Below are positions 63,794 through 64,000 of a stretch of 64,000 bases of DNA, one piece after another. Below the pieces are notes generated by a model. That model was not told the origin of the DNA. It saw nothing but the letters and a program-made list of their open reading frames with translations, and ran no database searches. The stretch comes from Calcarisporiella thermophila CBS 279.70 (Eukaryota; Fungi; Calcarisporiellomycota), in the NCBI RefSeq assembly GCF_041956535.1, contig NW_027192211.1:92469-156468 (forward strand), in the 5' to 3' direction. Every line of letters begins with the position of its first letter. Position 1 is the stretch's first letter. The position numbers and the translations under genes were made by a program.

Positions 63794-64000
63794 TACCAAA
63801 ATATACTTAGGTAAAATTTATTTATGATCGAACTTAGAAATAGATATTACCGGAATATGGTTGAACTTGGAATACAGGAGGTAAAAGAAAATCTAAAGGG
63901 TTACCTTCCCAAGCCTCCATTTCCCGTTTTAGCCTCAAAGTTATCAGTAAGCATTGATGGCTCTATTACAGCTGTATGTTTCAATTTGAAATAATAATAT
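63794..64000 (-). CDS. 3' end of an unidentified spliced gene entering from the right edge
   Basis: Phase-consistent exons ...FKLKHTAVIEPSMLTDNFEAKTGNGGLG/SSTIF/RIFWYE* separated by GT-AG introns. Confidence 0.4.

Overview
Gene-dense, AT-rich eukaryotic (fungal) DNA with many short GT-AG introns of about 50-90 nt. The gene content (TSC2, HUS1, CSN4, CASTOR, UBOX5, cyclin Q, Cdc10 septin, Vps27, Stb6, Loc1-like) points to an early-diverging fungus, Mucoromycota/Zoopagomycota-like; this is inference. About 32 protein-coding loci can be assembled by hand. Most ORF-track entries are exon fragments or antisense shadows. I found no tRNA, rRNA, CRISPR array or transposon. The most striking item is a 10-exon minus-strand gene (21392-24261) that fuses an intact inositol-pyrophosphate-sensing SPX domain to a catalytically intact M14 succinylglutamate desuccinylase/aspartoacylase-type zinc hydrolase, which is not one of the SPX architectures I know. 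About 2 kb away is a CASTOR-family amino-acid sensor that keeps the GATOR2-binding motif but has Ala at the arginine-binding D304 position. Other items: a spliced RPEL microprotein missed by the ORF track, a possible hidden micro-exon gene, a frameshift in a LOC1-like gene, and very compact bidirectional promoters with E2F/SBF-like CGCGAAA sites. Exon boundaries were read by eye and all family calls rest on motif recognition, not database searches.
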